Shown: one piece after another, positions 1 to 12,749 of the stretch
How the letters are laid out: every line of letters starts with the position of its first letter
How positions within the stretch are numbered: position 1 is the first letter of the stretch
Notes under the pieces: generated by a model
What the model saw: only the letters and a program-made list of their open reading frames with translations
Database searches by the model: none
What the model was told of the DNA's origin: nothing
From: Lama glama
Taxonomy: Eukaryota
NCBI GenBank assembly: GCA_028534125.1
Contig: CM052817.1
Location: forward strand, 14,634,001-14,698,000
Reading direction: 5' to 3'
DNA length: 64,000 bases
Made by a program: the position numbers and the translations under genes

Positions 1-59
1 GAATCTCTTCTACTCTCCCCTCTAAGAGATCAGCTTTAACTTCTACTGGCACAGAGAAA

Positions 60-325
60 GCTTGACCTCCCAATTCCATTCCGAGCTAAAAACAAACCAA
101 GCTCAGCATGTATGTTTACAAAAATGCAAACAACCTACGTACCCATCAATGGCAGCATGCATAATTAAACTCTGGTGCAGTTGCACCACAGAAAGCCACG
201 CAGCCGTGAGAGTAGAAGTACAAACACCCCCAGCAGGGCTGAGGCCCCTCATGACATAGTATGGGGGAAATGGCCCAACACAGCCGGGTTCCTACTCTTT
301 GATTCTCCTTATCTAAATTTCACAT
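60..325 (+). mobile_element. Very old L1 (L1ME/L1MC-like) 3' region fragment
   Basis: Recognisable L1 end-of-ORF2/3'UTR motifs (aaacaaccta...cccatcaatggcag...ataattaaactctggt) despite heavy divergence. Confidence 0.55.
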
Positions 326-724
326 TTTTCCATATGTGTGTTATAATTCAGTAACATGTCCTAAAAATACAAAGGACACTCCTACTTCTGATCCTGAGAT
401 TGCACATTCGTTGCCCAATTTCAGAGCGTTCTGACCCTAATAGTTTCATATAAGGATATCATTTCATTCGCTCATATTTTTTAAAAAATCAAATCACAAT
501 TTAAGTAAGTTTAAGGCAGGGGATATTGGATGAAATTTCTAAATTAAACAAAGAAAGCCTTTCTCTAAATTTATATATATTTTGTCATATTGGTATCTCT
601 GGACTTTCTTTGGATAGAATCCCACTGTTCCTAAACTTACAGTATGATCAGTTATTTAAAAAAAAAGATTTATCTGAAATATTTGTCTCTATTATTAAAA
701 AATAATAATTCAGGGCTGAGATGG

Positions 725-900
725 CAAATATGGGCTTCAACATATACATTTGGGGGGAGACACAAACATTCAGTCCTTAACAGAATATAAGCTTGAGGGC
801 AAGGATTTTTGTCTATTTTTGTTCACTGATACAGTCCCAACATTGAGAACAGTGCCTGGCATATAATAATCACTCAGGAAATACTTGTTAAATAAGAACA
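725..900. mobile_element. MaLR (MLT1A-like) LTR terminus (-) abutting an L2a 3' end (+)
   Basis: gggcttcaacatatacatttgggggg...cagtccttaaca, followed by gagggcaaggatttttgtc...agtgcctggcatataata... Confidence 0.65.
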
Positions 901-1029
901 GGAGAAATTGTCTGTAATGTAACTGCTGAGCTAAAAGATAACGGACACCATCACATCACAGAAATGGCATTAATATATATGATTAGATTTTTACTCTCCA
1001 AACATTTTAGGATAGTTTATCAAGATTAT

Positions 1030-1503
1030 AGATTAGGACATTCACTTTTGTGCAGGTAACACAGACCCAAGTAAACTACAGTTTAAGCTAGAGGGCCAAA
1101 CATCACGAATGAGACAGATGTCTATTTCTCTCTCATATAATAATGCCATGTGGTGAGGCAGTTCAATTCTGCCAAATCTTCAGGAGCCTGGACACATTCT
1201 ATTCTGTTGCTTTCCCAAAATTAAGGAGAGACATTTGTCTCTGGTCCAAGACAGCTTCCTTTCCTTGTCTACAAAACACGTGGATGGGAGAAAAGGAAGG
1301 AGATGCCATATTCCTTCCATTAAAGGGCACACCTAGAAGGGACACCCATCACTTCTGCTCACGCCCCATTGCCAAAAAGGCATCACACCTCGCTGCAAGT
1401 TAGAATAGAAATGCAGTCTCTATTTTGGACTACAAATCTGGGCTTCTATTGTTATAGAAGAAGAAGTGAACAGATCTGGAGAGAACTAGCAGTCTGTGCC
1501 ATA
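1030..1503 (-). mobile_element. MLT1J/K-like MaLR solo LTR
   Basis: Typical motifs catcacttctgctcacgccccattgcc, gaaatgcagtct, actagcagtctgtgccata. Confidence 0.7.
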
Positions 1504-1544
1504 GCATATAGTTTTAAATAATCATTTAGCATTAAGATAGACTT

Positions 1545-1635
1545 GGCATAAATAATTATTGAAGCTGGATCATGCATACACAGAGATTCATTATACTACT
1601 TTCTCTACCATGTTTATGTTTGAAAATCTCATAGT
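1545..1635 (+). mobile_element. L1ME 3' end fragment
   Basis: ttgaagctggatcatgcatacacagagattcattatactactttctctac matches the old L1 3'UTR terminus. Confidence 0.6.
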
Positions 1636-2261
1636 TAGTTCTAGAAATTAATTGCATCAGCGTATATTACTGGATTTGGTTGGTGTTTAAGAAATAGGAA
1701 TTGGCAAGTTTCAATAAGCAAACAGTAAACAAACAGAGGCTTAAAAGTGCTTAGAAGTGCTTGCTCATAGCTTCCCCTCTCTTGCTACACTTGGAGGCGT
1801 GGAAATGAAACTGAGCGGGGCTGCTGGAGGGGGCGTCCCTGTGGAGGTGCCTCTGCTGATAGCTTGCCACCTCCCCGATGGGTGAGTGAAACCGTCCTAG
1901 GTCAGCCAGCTACAATCCATGATACTGGCCAACCACCACCCTGTGAGAGACAGCGGTGGGGAGAAGCTGAGCTGGCCTAGAGGGCATCACAGGGTAGAGA
2001 GGGTTGGGGGCTTTACAGGGCTCTGCAGGGCTCCTGAGGCGATGGACCAACCTATGTGGTACTGACTTGCCCTCATCTGAGCCAGCCTCCTGCACAAAAG
2101 CAGAAACCAACCAACCAGACAAACAAAAACCCACTGACCTGACCATTCTTTGAAATTCCTCTATCTTCGTGTTATTTGGGGAGCTCCAGAGAGGATACAA
2201 ATACCCAGAGTGAGGATTCTGTTTCTAAGAGATCATTTTTTTTTCCATTTTAAATTCTGCA

Positions 2262-2935
2262 TTCTATTTTTCTAAATAGAAGTATAGTCAGTTTATAATG
2301 TTGTGTCAATTTCTGCTGTACAGCATAAAGTTTCAATCACACATACACTTATATTCTTTTTCATATTCTTTTTCATTATAGATTACCACAAATATTGAAT
2401 ATAGCTCCCTGTGCTATACTGTAGAAACTTGTTATCTATTTTATATACAGTAGTTAGTATCTGCAAATCTCAAACTCCCAATTTATCTCCTCCCACCCAC
2501 TTCCCCCCTGCCACTCCCCAGTAATCATAAGTTTGATTTCTATGTCTGTGAGTGCTTCTATTTTGTAAATAAGTTCACTTGTGTCTTTAAGATTCCACAT
2601 ATGAGTGGTATCACATGGTATTTTTTTTTCTCTTTCTGCCTTACTTCACTTAGTATGACAATCTCCAGGTCCATCCATGTTGCTGCAAATGGCATTATTT
2701 TATTCTTTTTTATGGCTGAGTAGTATTCCATTGTATAAATATACCACAGCTTCTTTATACAGTCATCTGTCAACATTTAGGTTGTTTCCATGTCTTGGCT
2801 ATTGTAAATGGTGCTGCTATGAACACTGGGGTGCATGGTACTTTTTAAATTAGAGTTCTCTCCAGATATATGCCCAGGAATGGGATTGTTGGATCATATG
2901 GGTAAGTCTACTTTTAGTTTTTTAAGGAATCTCTA
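2262..2935 (-). mobile_element. 5'-truncated L1 (ORF2 C-terminus plus 3'UTR), artiodactyl/camelid type
   Basis: ORF 2558-2776 (-) translates to the L1 ORF2 C-terminus (IKKLWYIYTMEYYSAIKKNKIMPFAATWMDLE); L1 3'UTR to its left. Confidence 0.92.
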
Positions 2936-3404
2936 AGAGATTACTTTTGATTCAGGCTATTCCAAGTACTGCCCATCTCATCCCACGTGCACTCTAGGGG
3001 CTGCCAGGGACCACCACCCACACCTGCTATTCCCGCCAGCTCTGTTCCCACCTCCAGAAAAGGAAAGTGGGTGCTTCTTCTTGTGCCTTTTAAAAAACAT
3101 CATGCACAACTTAATCTAGAATTCAATTTTGTCATAATTCCTTTTCCCTTGAAAATTTTAAACTCATCCCTAACCCAAAGCCCCCCACTGACAAATAGTA
3201 CCTGCTCTGTTGCAAGTGAGACAGCACTGAGACTCTGAGGAGGTGACTGGAACCCACTTCTCAGAGATGACCTGTTAGTCCTGAGGGCAGGTGCAAACTC
3301 CCACTCACAAGCTCTAGAGCCTTAGAAACTTGAGGAAACTGAGGCTCACCTCCTTTATTTATGCAGGGAGGATAAAAATAAGTCCTTTAAAACCTCCCTT
3401 GGTG

Positions 3405-3556
3405 AACCTTTAATGGAAAAACTATGAAAACGAATATATGTATGTATATGCATGACTGGGACATTGTGCTGTACACCAGGGACCGACACATTGTAATTAG
3501 CTGTACTTCATTTAAATAAATAAACAAACAAACAAACAAATAAATAAATAAATAAG
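3405..3556 (+). mobile_element. Short L1 3' tail with (AAAC/AAAT)n tail
   Basis: tgtgctgtacaccagggaccgacacattgtaattagctgtacttca followed by an A-rich microsatellite tail. Confidence 0.8.
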
Positions 3557-6500
3557 AATGCATCAAAACATAGGTGAAAATGATCGCTATACACATAAGG
3601 GTTTGGGGTTGGGTTTTTTTTTTTTTTCTGGTTCTTAGTCCGCCTGAAGTTTAATGTTGGTAGGAACTGAGGGACTGCTTTTCTCTTAAGGTCTATAAAG
3701 TTCCCCTGGCCTCATCATGCTGGCGGCAAAATGAGGGCTACACTCAGAACTTCACACTGTGTTCTTCTGCCTCTGCCTCCACCCACCAAGGCCCTAAGAC
3801 CTCCGCTTCCCCTTACTGTGCACTGGGGAGCTCTCCCAGGGGTTTCCTGTGTGCTCACCATTTCGGCCCTTTCAGATAGTAGGTGGCTTTTACCACAGTT
3901 ACTCTCGCCCCTTCCCTCTCTAGTGACCTCCCAGGCCTTGGAGGCTCACAAGCTGTCACCACAGTTAGGATCACCTCTCTAGGGGAACTACCATGGCCCC
4001 AGACAAACGTGGAAGATGTTCTAATTTACATGTTTTTCTTTGAACTTTGGTTCCTGCTGCCACCTTCTTAAAATCAGCTCATCTATTTTTCTGTTTGGAA
4101 AATCATTCCTCTGTTTTTTTTTTTTTTCATTCTTTGAACCCAGTCCATGTTATTATCACAAGACATCAGTCTTAGCTGAGTGTGCTGTCAGCTGTCACCT
4201 CCGTAACGAAGGGGGGACGGGCTGTCACCACCTCCGTGTTACACTCGCCGCGGCAGGACTGGGTGCGGGCTTGAAGGGCTCCCACTTCTGAGTGAGGAGT
4301 TCCTCGTCTGACTCTTCTCTGGAGCCCTTTACTCAGAACGCTCAGTCATGAGTCCCCAACGCTGGGCTGGGAGATGTAACTTGAGACGAGGGTGTCACAC
4401 CCCAAATCTCCTCCCTCTCTGATTCTGAGGCATTAGTTTGAAATCAAGCTAGTACTTCTCATTTCTAATTTCCTTCAACATAATTCTCTGTAGGAGGTGA
4501 CTCTGCCCTTCATGTAGATAGACTCACTCACCCCATCACTTCTCTGCGCCCAGGCGCTTATGAATTCAAGGAAGGACACAGCTCTGGCCAAATCTAAAAC
4601 AGCCACCACACTTCTTTTTGAGCTCCTGTCTCTACAAGTGACAATCTCTTCTCACAACCTTATACGAAAAATGAAATACCATGGATTAATGAGCTAGTTC
4701 AACTATTCAGGTTACTTGAGTTTGTATGTGCCAATAGATAGTGATCCCTACTAGATACCGAGAGTCATTATTGAAATTTGGTGTGGGTACAACGTGAACT
4801 CTGAACTGGAGGAATGTCACCGTATAATCATCTTTCATGGGAGAGGAAACAGGAATATTGTAATCAGCTGTAGATTCTCCTTTCTTATTGGATTTCTTGC
4901 TTCTTTTCTTCTCAGTTCTCTGTCTTATTTCTGGATCTTAATAAATTCAACAGAGATTGGTGACTGCTTAACATTTCTTTGTTTTATGCCTTGAGCTATA
5001 CCAAGGGGGAAAAAAACCCCCAACATTTCCAGTCAAGAAAACATACTCAGTCTTTGCTATAAAAAGAGAAAAATATTCAGGATGTTCCAGACATAAAACT
5101 ATTCCAATTTTTAATCCTGTTTTATAGAAATTAGAGACTTGGCTCTAAATTTAGCTGGATCTGACCTGCTTCACCTAACTCACTTACCATTAACAATGAG
5201 AAAGAATTTTAAAATTCCTCAATACCTGTCAGCTCCTGTTATTAATAAGAAAAAGCATTTCCTTAATCCTTCACCCCAATGGCAGTTTCATTATAGTTTC
5301 AAAGTTAGTATGAAGAATTCTGCTAGAGCTGTAATAATTTTTTAAGAAAATTTGATTTTAAAAGAAATGGAAATTAAGTATAACATTACGTTTATGAACC
5401 AGTCATTTTTTTTAAAAGAAAATTCAAAGAGATGGTACGCTCATCTCATGCATTTGTCCTAAAAATTGTAGCTGCTTCACTAAAGAGACGTGGAATAGCG
5501 GGCGGCCAGGTAGCAGTCTTTATTAAATTGAAAATCTCCTGACCCTGAGTCACCAGCCTTTCAATTTCCCTCTAGAGAAAGAAAGTGTTAATTTCTATTA
5601 TTTCCGTTTTTCATGAAGGAGAAGCTCTAGGTTCTGAATTGCTGAGCTCAGTGCCAAGGCTGCACAAAATAAAGAGAGATCATATTACAGATCCTTTCAT
5701 CAGCATCTCAAAGGTCTTTATGCCCATTAAAATACCACTGTACCCTTCCTGTGTAAATAAGTATGCCATTTGGTGTGAGAATAAGAAATTAGGTCTCCCT
5801 GCAAGTGCTTTTTCCCATTTGTTTTACTTTGTCTTAATTTCTTTGCAATCCAGTTAGTGCCACAAAATTAAGATAAAGGAAGCTGGACGCTCAGGTATTC
5901 AACAGTTCTGGACACGTCACTCCAAGTAGAGAAAACTGCCTGACACCCCAGCAAAAGGAAGGCATGGCAGAGACTCCAGGAGTGGCTTAGAGGACTGTCT
6001 CCCATGAGGCTCTTGTGATGACCAATTTGGTCCTTGAGTGACATGTATTTCACTAATAGCTCTTTGACATAAATAAATCTTCATCCTTTGAAGGGAGGGA
6101 CTGAGTACAGGGAATGGGCAAAATCAATCTGAACCAAGACTGATGATGTAGGATACTCTTAATAATGAGATTGTATTGGCAAGAGCTGGTTCCCAAGGAG
6201 ACATTTGAGTTAGAGAAATATTATTGAAAATATGTCCAGCTCCTAAAGTGACCATGAAAAAAGGGTATCAAATATTTGGAAACATAAGTTATAATATTTT
6301 TTTTTAAATTTTGTGTTTTATATTTATAACCCCAGATTCAAAACCAGAGAGTTTTTCAGAAGGTCTGTGGATAGGAATCTCAAGGTTAACTTTTATTCTA
6401 AACATGATAACTGTACGCATTTCTATGCAGTAGGAATCTTAGCCCTAAATTTATCTTCCCCATCTTGAAGTCCCCTCAAACACTTATTTTAACCATTACA

Positions 6501-6849
6501 AATATGTTCTTATTTGCCTTGAATAATTGATTTTAGAATGAGGGAAGATGGCAAACACGTAAAGAAAGAGAACACAAACAAATATGTAAGTTAAATGAGT
6601 TAGATGCTGCAAAAGGAGTCGGAGCCATGACTGCCCCTGTTCTTGAAGAATTTACAGACTAATGAGAGAAAACCAGAAACAGACAAACATATTTCATCAT
6701 AATATAGCAAGTGCCATGCAAAGATACACGCTGGATGCAGATGTAATGAGGGCTCAGAAACTGGGCATTAGTCCATCCTGGGGTTTCAGAATAGACCTTT
6801 TTGAAGAGAAAATGCCCAAGCTAAGTCTTAAATCACACATAGGTGAGAA

Positions 6850-7739
6850 GTGCTTCCATAATGGCAGAGTGAGGATCTCCAAAAATTCACTTCTCCAGAA
6901 AAGCAATGAGAAAACTGGCAGAAGTAAGTTTTTCAGAATGCTGGAATGTACTGCAAAATTTGTAATAATAGAAAGTAAAACAAGTAAGCAAAACAAAGTC
7001 AAAACAAAACAATAAAAAAAGCTGTATCTCAGTAATAATGGTGTTTATATGATATGATAATTTGCTGTGCTTACCTACTCCCATCTTTCTTTCCTTAGCT
7101 CTGCAGTGGCCTTAAAAAACAGCATTCTTACTACAAATGTAGCCACGAAAAACAGCAGCCTAGCGGACACTGGAGAGGGCAGAAGGTGTCTGAAGCACTA
7201 CAGAAAGCCCCATCCCCAGCAAATTGTCCCTATTTGACTTCTTTGGCAGTTCCTTATAAAAGCCCTATTCGCAGGCTTTATCTTCAGGCGACCTCACTCA
7301 GCGGGAGAATCCCTAACCTCAAGGCATTTGTCAGAAGCAATCAACAGCAATTGTTTAATATCACGGCTGCCTGAGCTGGGGATACAGGCTGGGAAATGAA
7401 GCTTCCTAAAAAAACTTAGGAGGAAATTCTAGGGAATTAAATGTCTATAGGTTTTGAAAAGTTCAACATATTCCTGGGGATCTAAAAGGTCATGTGCATG
7501 CTAATAAAGAACTGAGAAGGCCCTAAGCTCTCACCCCTGGCTAGCCTTGAGGCTTTTTGCAAGTAGTAAATAAAAAATAAAGTGTGGAGTTGTAAATTGC
7601 CAAAGTGCTGAAGGCATGCCACAACAAACTAAGAGTGGGAGACAAAGCTTAAGGCATTTAAGGAAATGTCTGTCCAATTACTATTTGACTCCTAGGCTGA
7701 CTGAGCAAAGACTTCAGTGACCACACACATCAAAGGATA
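6850..7739 (+). mobile_element. Ancient L1 (L1M/L1MD-like) 5'UTR, cut off by the assembly gap
   Basis: gcttccataatggcagagtgagg...aagcaatgagaaaactggcaga...tttttcagaatgctggaa resembles old L1M 5' ends. Confidence 0.6.
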
Positions 7740-8239
7740 NNNNNNNNNNNNNNNNNNNNNNNNNNNNNNNNNNNNNNNNNNNNNNNNNNNNNNNNNNNNN
7801 NNNNNNNNNNNNNNNNNNNNNNNNNNNNNNNNNNNNNNNNNNNNNNNNNNNNNNNNNNNNNNNNNNNNNNNNNNNNNNNNNNNNNNNNNNNNNNNNNNNN
7901 NNNNNNNNNNNNNNNNNNNNNNNNNNNNNNNNNNNNNNNNNNNNNNNNNNNNNNNNNNNNNNNNNNNNNNNNNNNNNNNNNNNNNNNNNNNNNNNNNNNN
8001 NNNNNNNNNNNNNNNNNNNNNNNNNNNNNNNNNNNNNNNNNNNNNNNNNNNNNNNNNNNNNNNNNNNNNNNNNNNNNNNNNNNNNNNNNNNNNNNNNNNN
8101 NNNNNNNNNNNNNNNNNNNNNNNNNNNNNNNNNNNNNNNNNNNNNNNNNNNNNNNNNNNNNNNNNNNNNNNNNNNNNNNNNNNNNNNNNNNNNNNNNNNN
8201 NNNNNNNNNNNNNNNNNNNNNNNNNNNNNNNNNNNNNNN
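7740..8239. other. Assembly gap (500 N)
   Basis: Run of exactly 500 N. Confidence 1.
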
Positions 8240-9867
8240 ATTTTCCACTGCTTGCTTCAGAAGGTTTTCTAGAATAACTAATAGAAATGTGTTTTCAAAG
8301 AGAAGTAGGTAGCTTGTTCCCATAAATATAAAACTGCCCAGCCTGTATTTCCCAGCCCTGTACAGCCCATGGGGATGCACATCATGTTGACAGTCTGCTA
8401 GGTGATATAACCCTGGTCCTGCATTTCACCTGCCACATAATACTCTGCAATAGATGTATAGAAAATATTATTATCTCCATTCAGTTATCCACTTGGAGGT
8501 TAGACTTCTATTACTATCCAAATACTTTTCAACAATGACCCAATTACAAATACCTCTATTCATAACTACAAGAGTAGATAAAACCAATATTACATTTCCT
8601 CTGACTTCAGCCAAGCATAAAGACAACAAATAGGTTATTGCTGTTCTGCGTTCAGCTCAAATCAGAGATTTAAATTTGAATAGCCCTAAATGGCTCTCAA
8701 CACCCAGGTAGCACTCCCTTGACCATCTGCCAATGTGCACGTTTCCTAATATAGAACATTGCTTCTGTTGGCAAATTCATTTTCTCAGTTTTCTAGAAGC
8801 TAGAGGAAGCAGAGGCACAGGCTGAAGCCTTCCCTTAGAAGCGGTAAATGCCTCAAACAACGAAAGGCATCCATTTCTTCGAAAAATTAAAATGCGATCT
8901 GGCATGCACACTTTCTCTGGGCAGAGCCTTCTCGCAGTAACCTACTGTATGCTTGACTAGTTATTTATTTGAATCATTTAGGAGCTATTTGAAGACAGAT
9001 GAGTCTAAATCACATCTTTAAACAAAGCAAAATAGATTTAGACTTCCACAAACATCTGTTAATTTTTCACACACTGCCTCCATTAAGATAATTCACCTTA
9101 TGGAGTAACTCACAACGAACGCTCCCTCCACAACACTGAAGAAGGGAAAATTCAGTTATGCAAATGATTTCCATTTAAACTATGCCCAGTGAATGGCAGA
9201 AAGAGTAAGTGATTCAAATTATATGTTAATCACCTTCACATCTAGAGAACTCTAGGAAAGCAATGTCTGACAAGGTCAGAGTTTCTGCAGGATTCTAGAA
9301 AGACAGTATCCTGAGAGTGGGAGCTGTGTCAGACCACACGCATGGTGGAGAACCAGTCTGGCAGTAGAGGAGTTCCTCTATGGAAACCTGCTTCATGGGT
9401 GACTTTCCCTCTGCTGCACTAGTTGGATGGAAAAATAATACCTAATGATCTTTTTCAGATCATTCATCTTGGACCAACTCAAAAAGCGGCTGTAATTACT
9501 TTGCAACTGTGGCTAAAACCGCCATTCGTTCTTGGTAATTGAGGGCAGATACTGGCTGCTGCTACTTCAACACAGCCCCAAGAATCTGTCTTAGAAAAAC
9601 GTCAATGCTGACTTCTTATAAAACTTGAGATTCCATTGATCATGCGCAAGAAGATAATTCCACAGTTGAAAACTCTGACTAGGGTGATACCAGTATTTGG
9701 GACATCTTGAAGGCTCTGGTGTGCTTGGAGTGGCAAATTCCAGCACAGAAGGTTCTTTTGAATATCTCTAGTTTTAACGAATTTACCGCCAGCTCCACCC
9801 CACCACCCTCAAAGTATCTGCACTGTTCTTAGCTTTCCCAAGGGCTTTCTATTTAGAGTATTTTTTT

Positions 9868-10080
9868 AAGTACTGAGGACTTACTTCTGGGCGAGACACT
9901 GTACTAAACAGTATATAATTCCATTTAATCTTCAGAACAGTATTATGAAACAGGAAACATTATATTCATTTTGCATTTAAGGAACACTTGGCTCAGGGAA
10001 TTTAAATTACTTACACCAAAAGCAAGGACAAATCTAGGACTTGAACATTAGTCCGAATGACTTTCAGAGTCCACGCAGGT
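9868..10080 (-). mobile_element. MIR SINE
   Basis: catttaatcttcagaacag...attcattttgcatttaaggaacacttggctcaggg MIR core in reverse. Confidence 0.7.
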
Positions 10081-10204
10081 ACTGATATGCTACTCCAGGT
10101 TCTGCAGAGCAAGAAAGAATTGTAATCACCCTTATCTTCAAGACCATAAGGTTTGTTCCTCTACCCCTAGGTTGAGTTTGAAGTGCCAGTCTAGAGTTCA
10201 AAAC

Positions 10205-10320
10205 TCACATGCCTGGACCTTTCCTCAAAGGATTCTAAACAATGGGTCTGGGAGCCAGACTGCAGTTTTAAAAACTCCTCAAGTTGATTCCAATGCACAC
10301 TTGCCATCAAGAATTTCTGA
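10205..10320. mobile_element. MER5-like hAT-Charlie DNA transposon remnant
   Basis: gggtctggg...ctgcagttttaaaaactcctcaagttgattccaatgcacac. Confidence 0.55.
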
Positions 10321-10596
10321 TCATATGACTTAGTGACCCTGTAACATGGGAGTCCATGTGCATTCTCAGACGTCCCTGGAGACATACAAGACACTTTAAG
10401 GCTGTGTTCTCATTTCAATACCAATTTTTAATAAATTATTCTCTAAGTTAATTCTGGATCTGGATAACCAAGCCTTGCCAACTTACTTTATCCCTTTCTA
10501 TTTCTTTCAGCTTTGCATTTGTAATCATTAATTTTCACTCAACAAGTACATATAATTTTTTATAGGTGTCACACAAGTAAGCAAGACAATAAGCAT

Positions 10597-10750
10597 GCTT
10601 CCTCATTTGTAGAACAGTGTTAAAAATAGTGACAACCTGACAGGACTGCTATGAAACTTAATAAGATAGTAACTCTAAAGTGCTTAGAGAAGGGTCTACA
10701 TGTAGTAAGGACTCAATCGATGCTAGATATGGTAGTTGTTATTGTTATTT
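10597..10750 (+). mobile_element. MIR SINE
   Basis: ttcctcatttgtagaa...aaagtgcttagaga...gtagtaaggactcaat. Confidence 0.7.
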
Positions 10751-10794
10751 TTTATTCTTCCAAGTAAACAAAAGTTGGGAAGTTCATATTGTAT

Positions 10795-11020
10795 GCAGTT
10801 CTAGGAACAAAAATAAAACAGGGTAGAGTAACAGACAGTGGCAGGCGATGGGGGGGAAGGTGAAGGCACTAATTGGTGATCCGGGAGATCCTCTCTGCTT
10901 AGATGATATTTGATTAAAGATTCAAATCGAGCGATAGAGCAAGCCACATAACCATGTAGAGAAGATCGTAGGTCAAAGAAGAAGCCAATGCAAACATTCT
11001 CAAGCAGGAACAAACTAAAG
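10795..11020 (-). mobile_element. L2 fragment
   Basis: Purine-rich L2 reverse motifs (gggagatcctctctg...gatatttgattaaaga...gcaagccacataacc). Confidence 0.6.
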
Positions 11021-11109
11021 TGCTCACATTCATTTATTCATTTAGCTGCAGGTGATCACAGGACAGAATGCAACTTTGGATGGAACATTTCTCAAAGGGC
11101 TAAAGATCT

Positions 11110-11512
11110 TGCTATAGAATGAATTATGTGGGCACCCACCGCCCGCCATTCATACGATAAAGTCCTAACCCCTAGTATTTCAGAATATGCTTATATTTGG
11201 AGATAGGGTCTTTACAAAGGTAATTAAGTTAAAATGAGGTCATCAGGGTAGACCCTAATCCAATATGATTCAAAATTTGGACTCAGACATGTACAGAGCG
11301 AAGATGATATAAAGACACAGGAAGAAGGTGGCCATCTACCAGTCAGAGAGAGAGGCCTGGAACAGACCTTTCCCATGACCCTCGGAAGAAAACCACCCAG
11401 CCAACACATTGATCTTGAGCTAATAGTCTCCAGAATGGTGAGAAAATGTATTTCTGATGTTGAAGCTGCTCTGTGGTACTTTGGTTATGGCAGCCCAAGC
11501 AAACAAATACAG
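11110..11512 (+). mobile_element. MLT1A/B-type MaLR solo LTR
   Basis: tgctatagaatgaattatg...gtcctaacccctagt...ttggagatagggtcttt...gtactttggttatggcagcccaagcaaacaaataca. Confidence 0.88.
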
Positions 11513-12117
11513 ACGGCATTCTCAAGAATAAGGAAGGATTGTTCCCCTACAGATGGATCTATTTTTCATTCAAATTAAAAGTTTATTCTTAAAGTGTTTT
11601 GATCTTTTATTTAAAAGGATAGTAAGTGCTAATTCAGATTAGATCTCCTAGGTCTTTTGCCAAGTGGTTTCCTCAAATGGAAGTAGTCTAGAAACAAACT
11701 AGCTGAGGCTCAGCTGGCATCTTTGAAAGCTTCCTGACCAACACAGGATTGTTAGAGTTTCTCATAATGGGTCTAGTGGCAGGATGGATGGATTAAGATT
11801 CTATGGGAAGAGTGCTTAACAATCCTTTGGTGAGCTACCAAAGACTTGTATTCTTCTTACCACCACGAGGTCATCAGGCTTCTCATTGGAGGACAACAGC
11901 TGAAAGTCAGACCATTTCTGAGCCTAATGCCCCGGGCTGTGTGCTCAGTAGGAGCTGCCCAGGAATCAGCATCCAAGAATAGGAGGTGTCTGGGTTGTAA
12001 CAAAGAGGAGGTTGGTGACTAGAGTGGTGTTATATCCTTGGAAGGGCCTGGCCAGCAAGAGAGAGCTGTGGCTGAGAAAACTGAATCACGTGTTCATCAG
12101 GACCAGAGGGACCAAAG

Positions 12118-12143
12118 CAGGAACAGGAACAGGAACAGGAACA
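12118..12143 (+). repeat. (CAGGAA)4 hexamer microsatellite
   Basis: caggaacaggaacaggaacaggaaca. Confidence 0.95.
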
Positions 12144-12749
12144 AGAGCTGCCAGTGGGGACATCTGCAGAGAAAAGCAAGGACTGAAGCCAGATCTAGCA
12201 CCTCCATCACAGGGGGTCTGCATGGGTCTCTTTAAACGGTGAGAAAGTACACTTCATCAAGTGGAGGATGGGTGCTTAAAGGGTGGGACTGGATCTGAGA
12301 ATAGACACACTATAGGGCGAAGACTTGATTGCAATTTAATGAGAGTGGTGCCCAAGCAACCGGAAAGAAAAAACATTTTCACCAAGAATAAGATGCTCCA
12401 GCAGGCAATGTTGCAATGGCATTTCAAAGTGCTGGTTGCACCAGAAGCTTGGTAGGAAATTGAAATGGAACCATAATCAGGTGGCATTCTAACTCTGGCA
12501 AGCTATAATTAAGTCATTATTTGAACCAATGGTTTTATTAAGTTTCTCTGCACAAAAGCCAGCAGCTCTCTTCAACTTCTGTCACATCCATTATATTTAG
12601 CTCCTGCTTGAAATTTCAGGGTAAATATCCAAAGTTTCCTTTGCTTGTTTTTAAGTAATAATACAAGGGTTTAAACTAAGATACTGGAAGTATGTCACTT
12701 GTTAAGATACAGTCAAACCTCCTTAGAGTGAATCAGCCAAATCCAAATA

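Noticed and set aside
7717..8380. 186-aa and 216-aa ORFs
   Set aside because: Artefacts of reading through the N gap.
9158..9165. Octamer motif ATGCAAAT
   Set aside because: A single 8-mer is expected by chance and has no supporting context.
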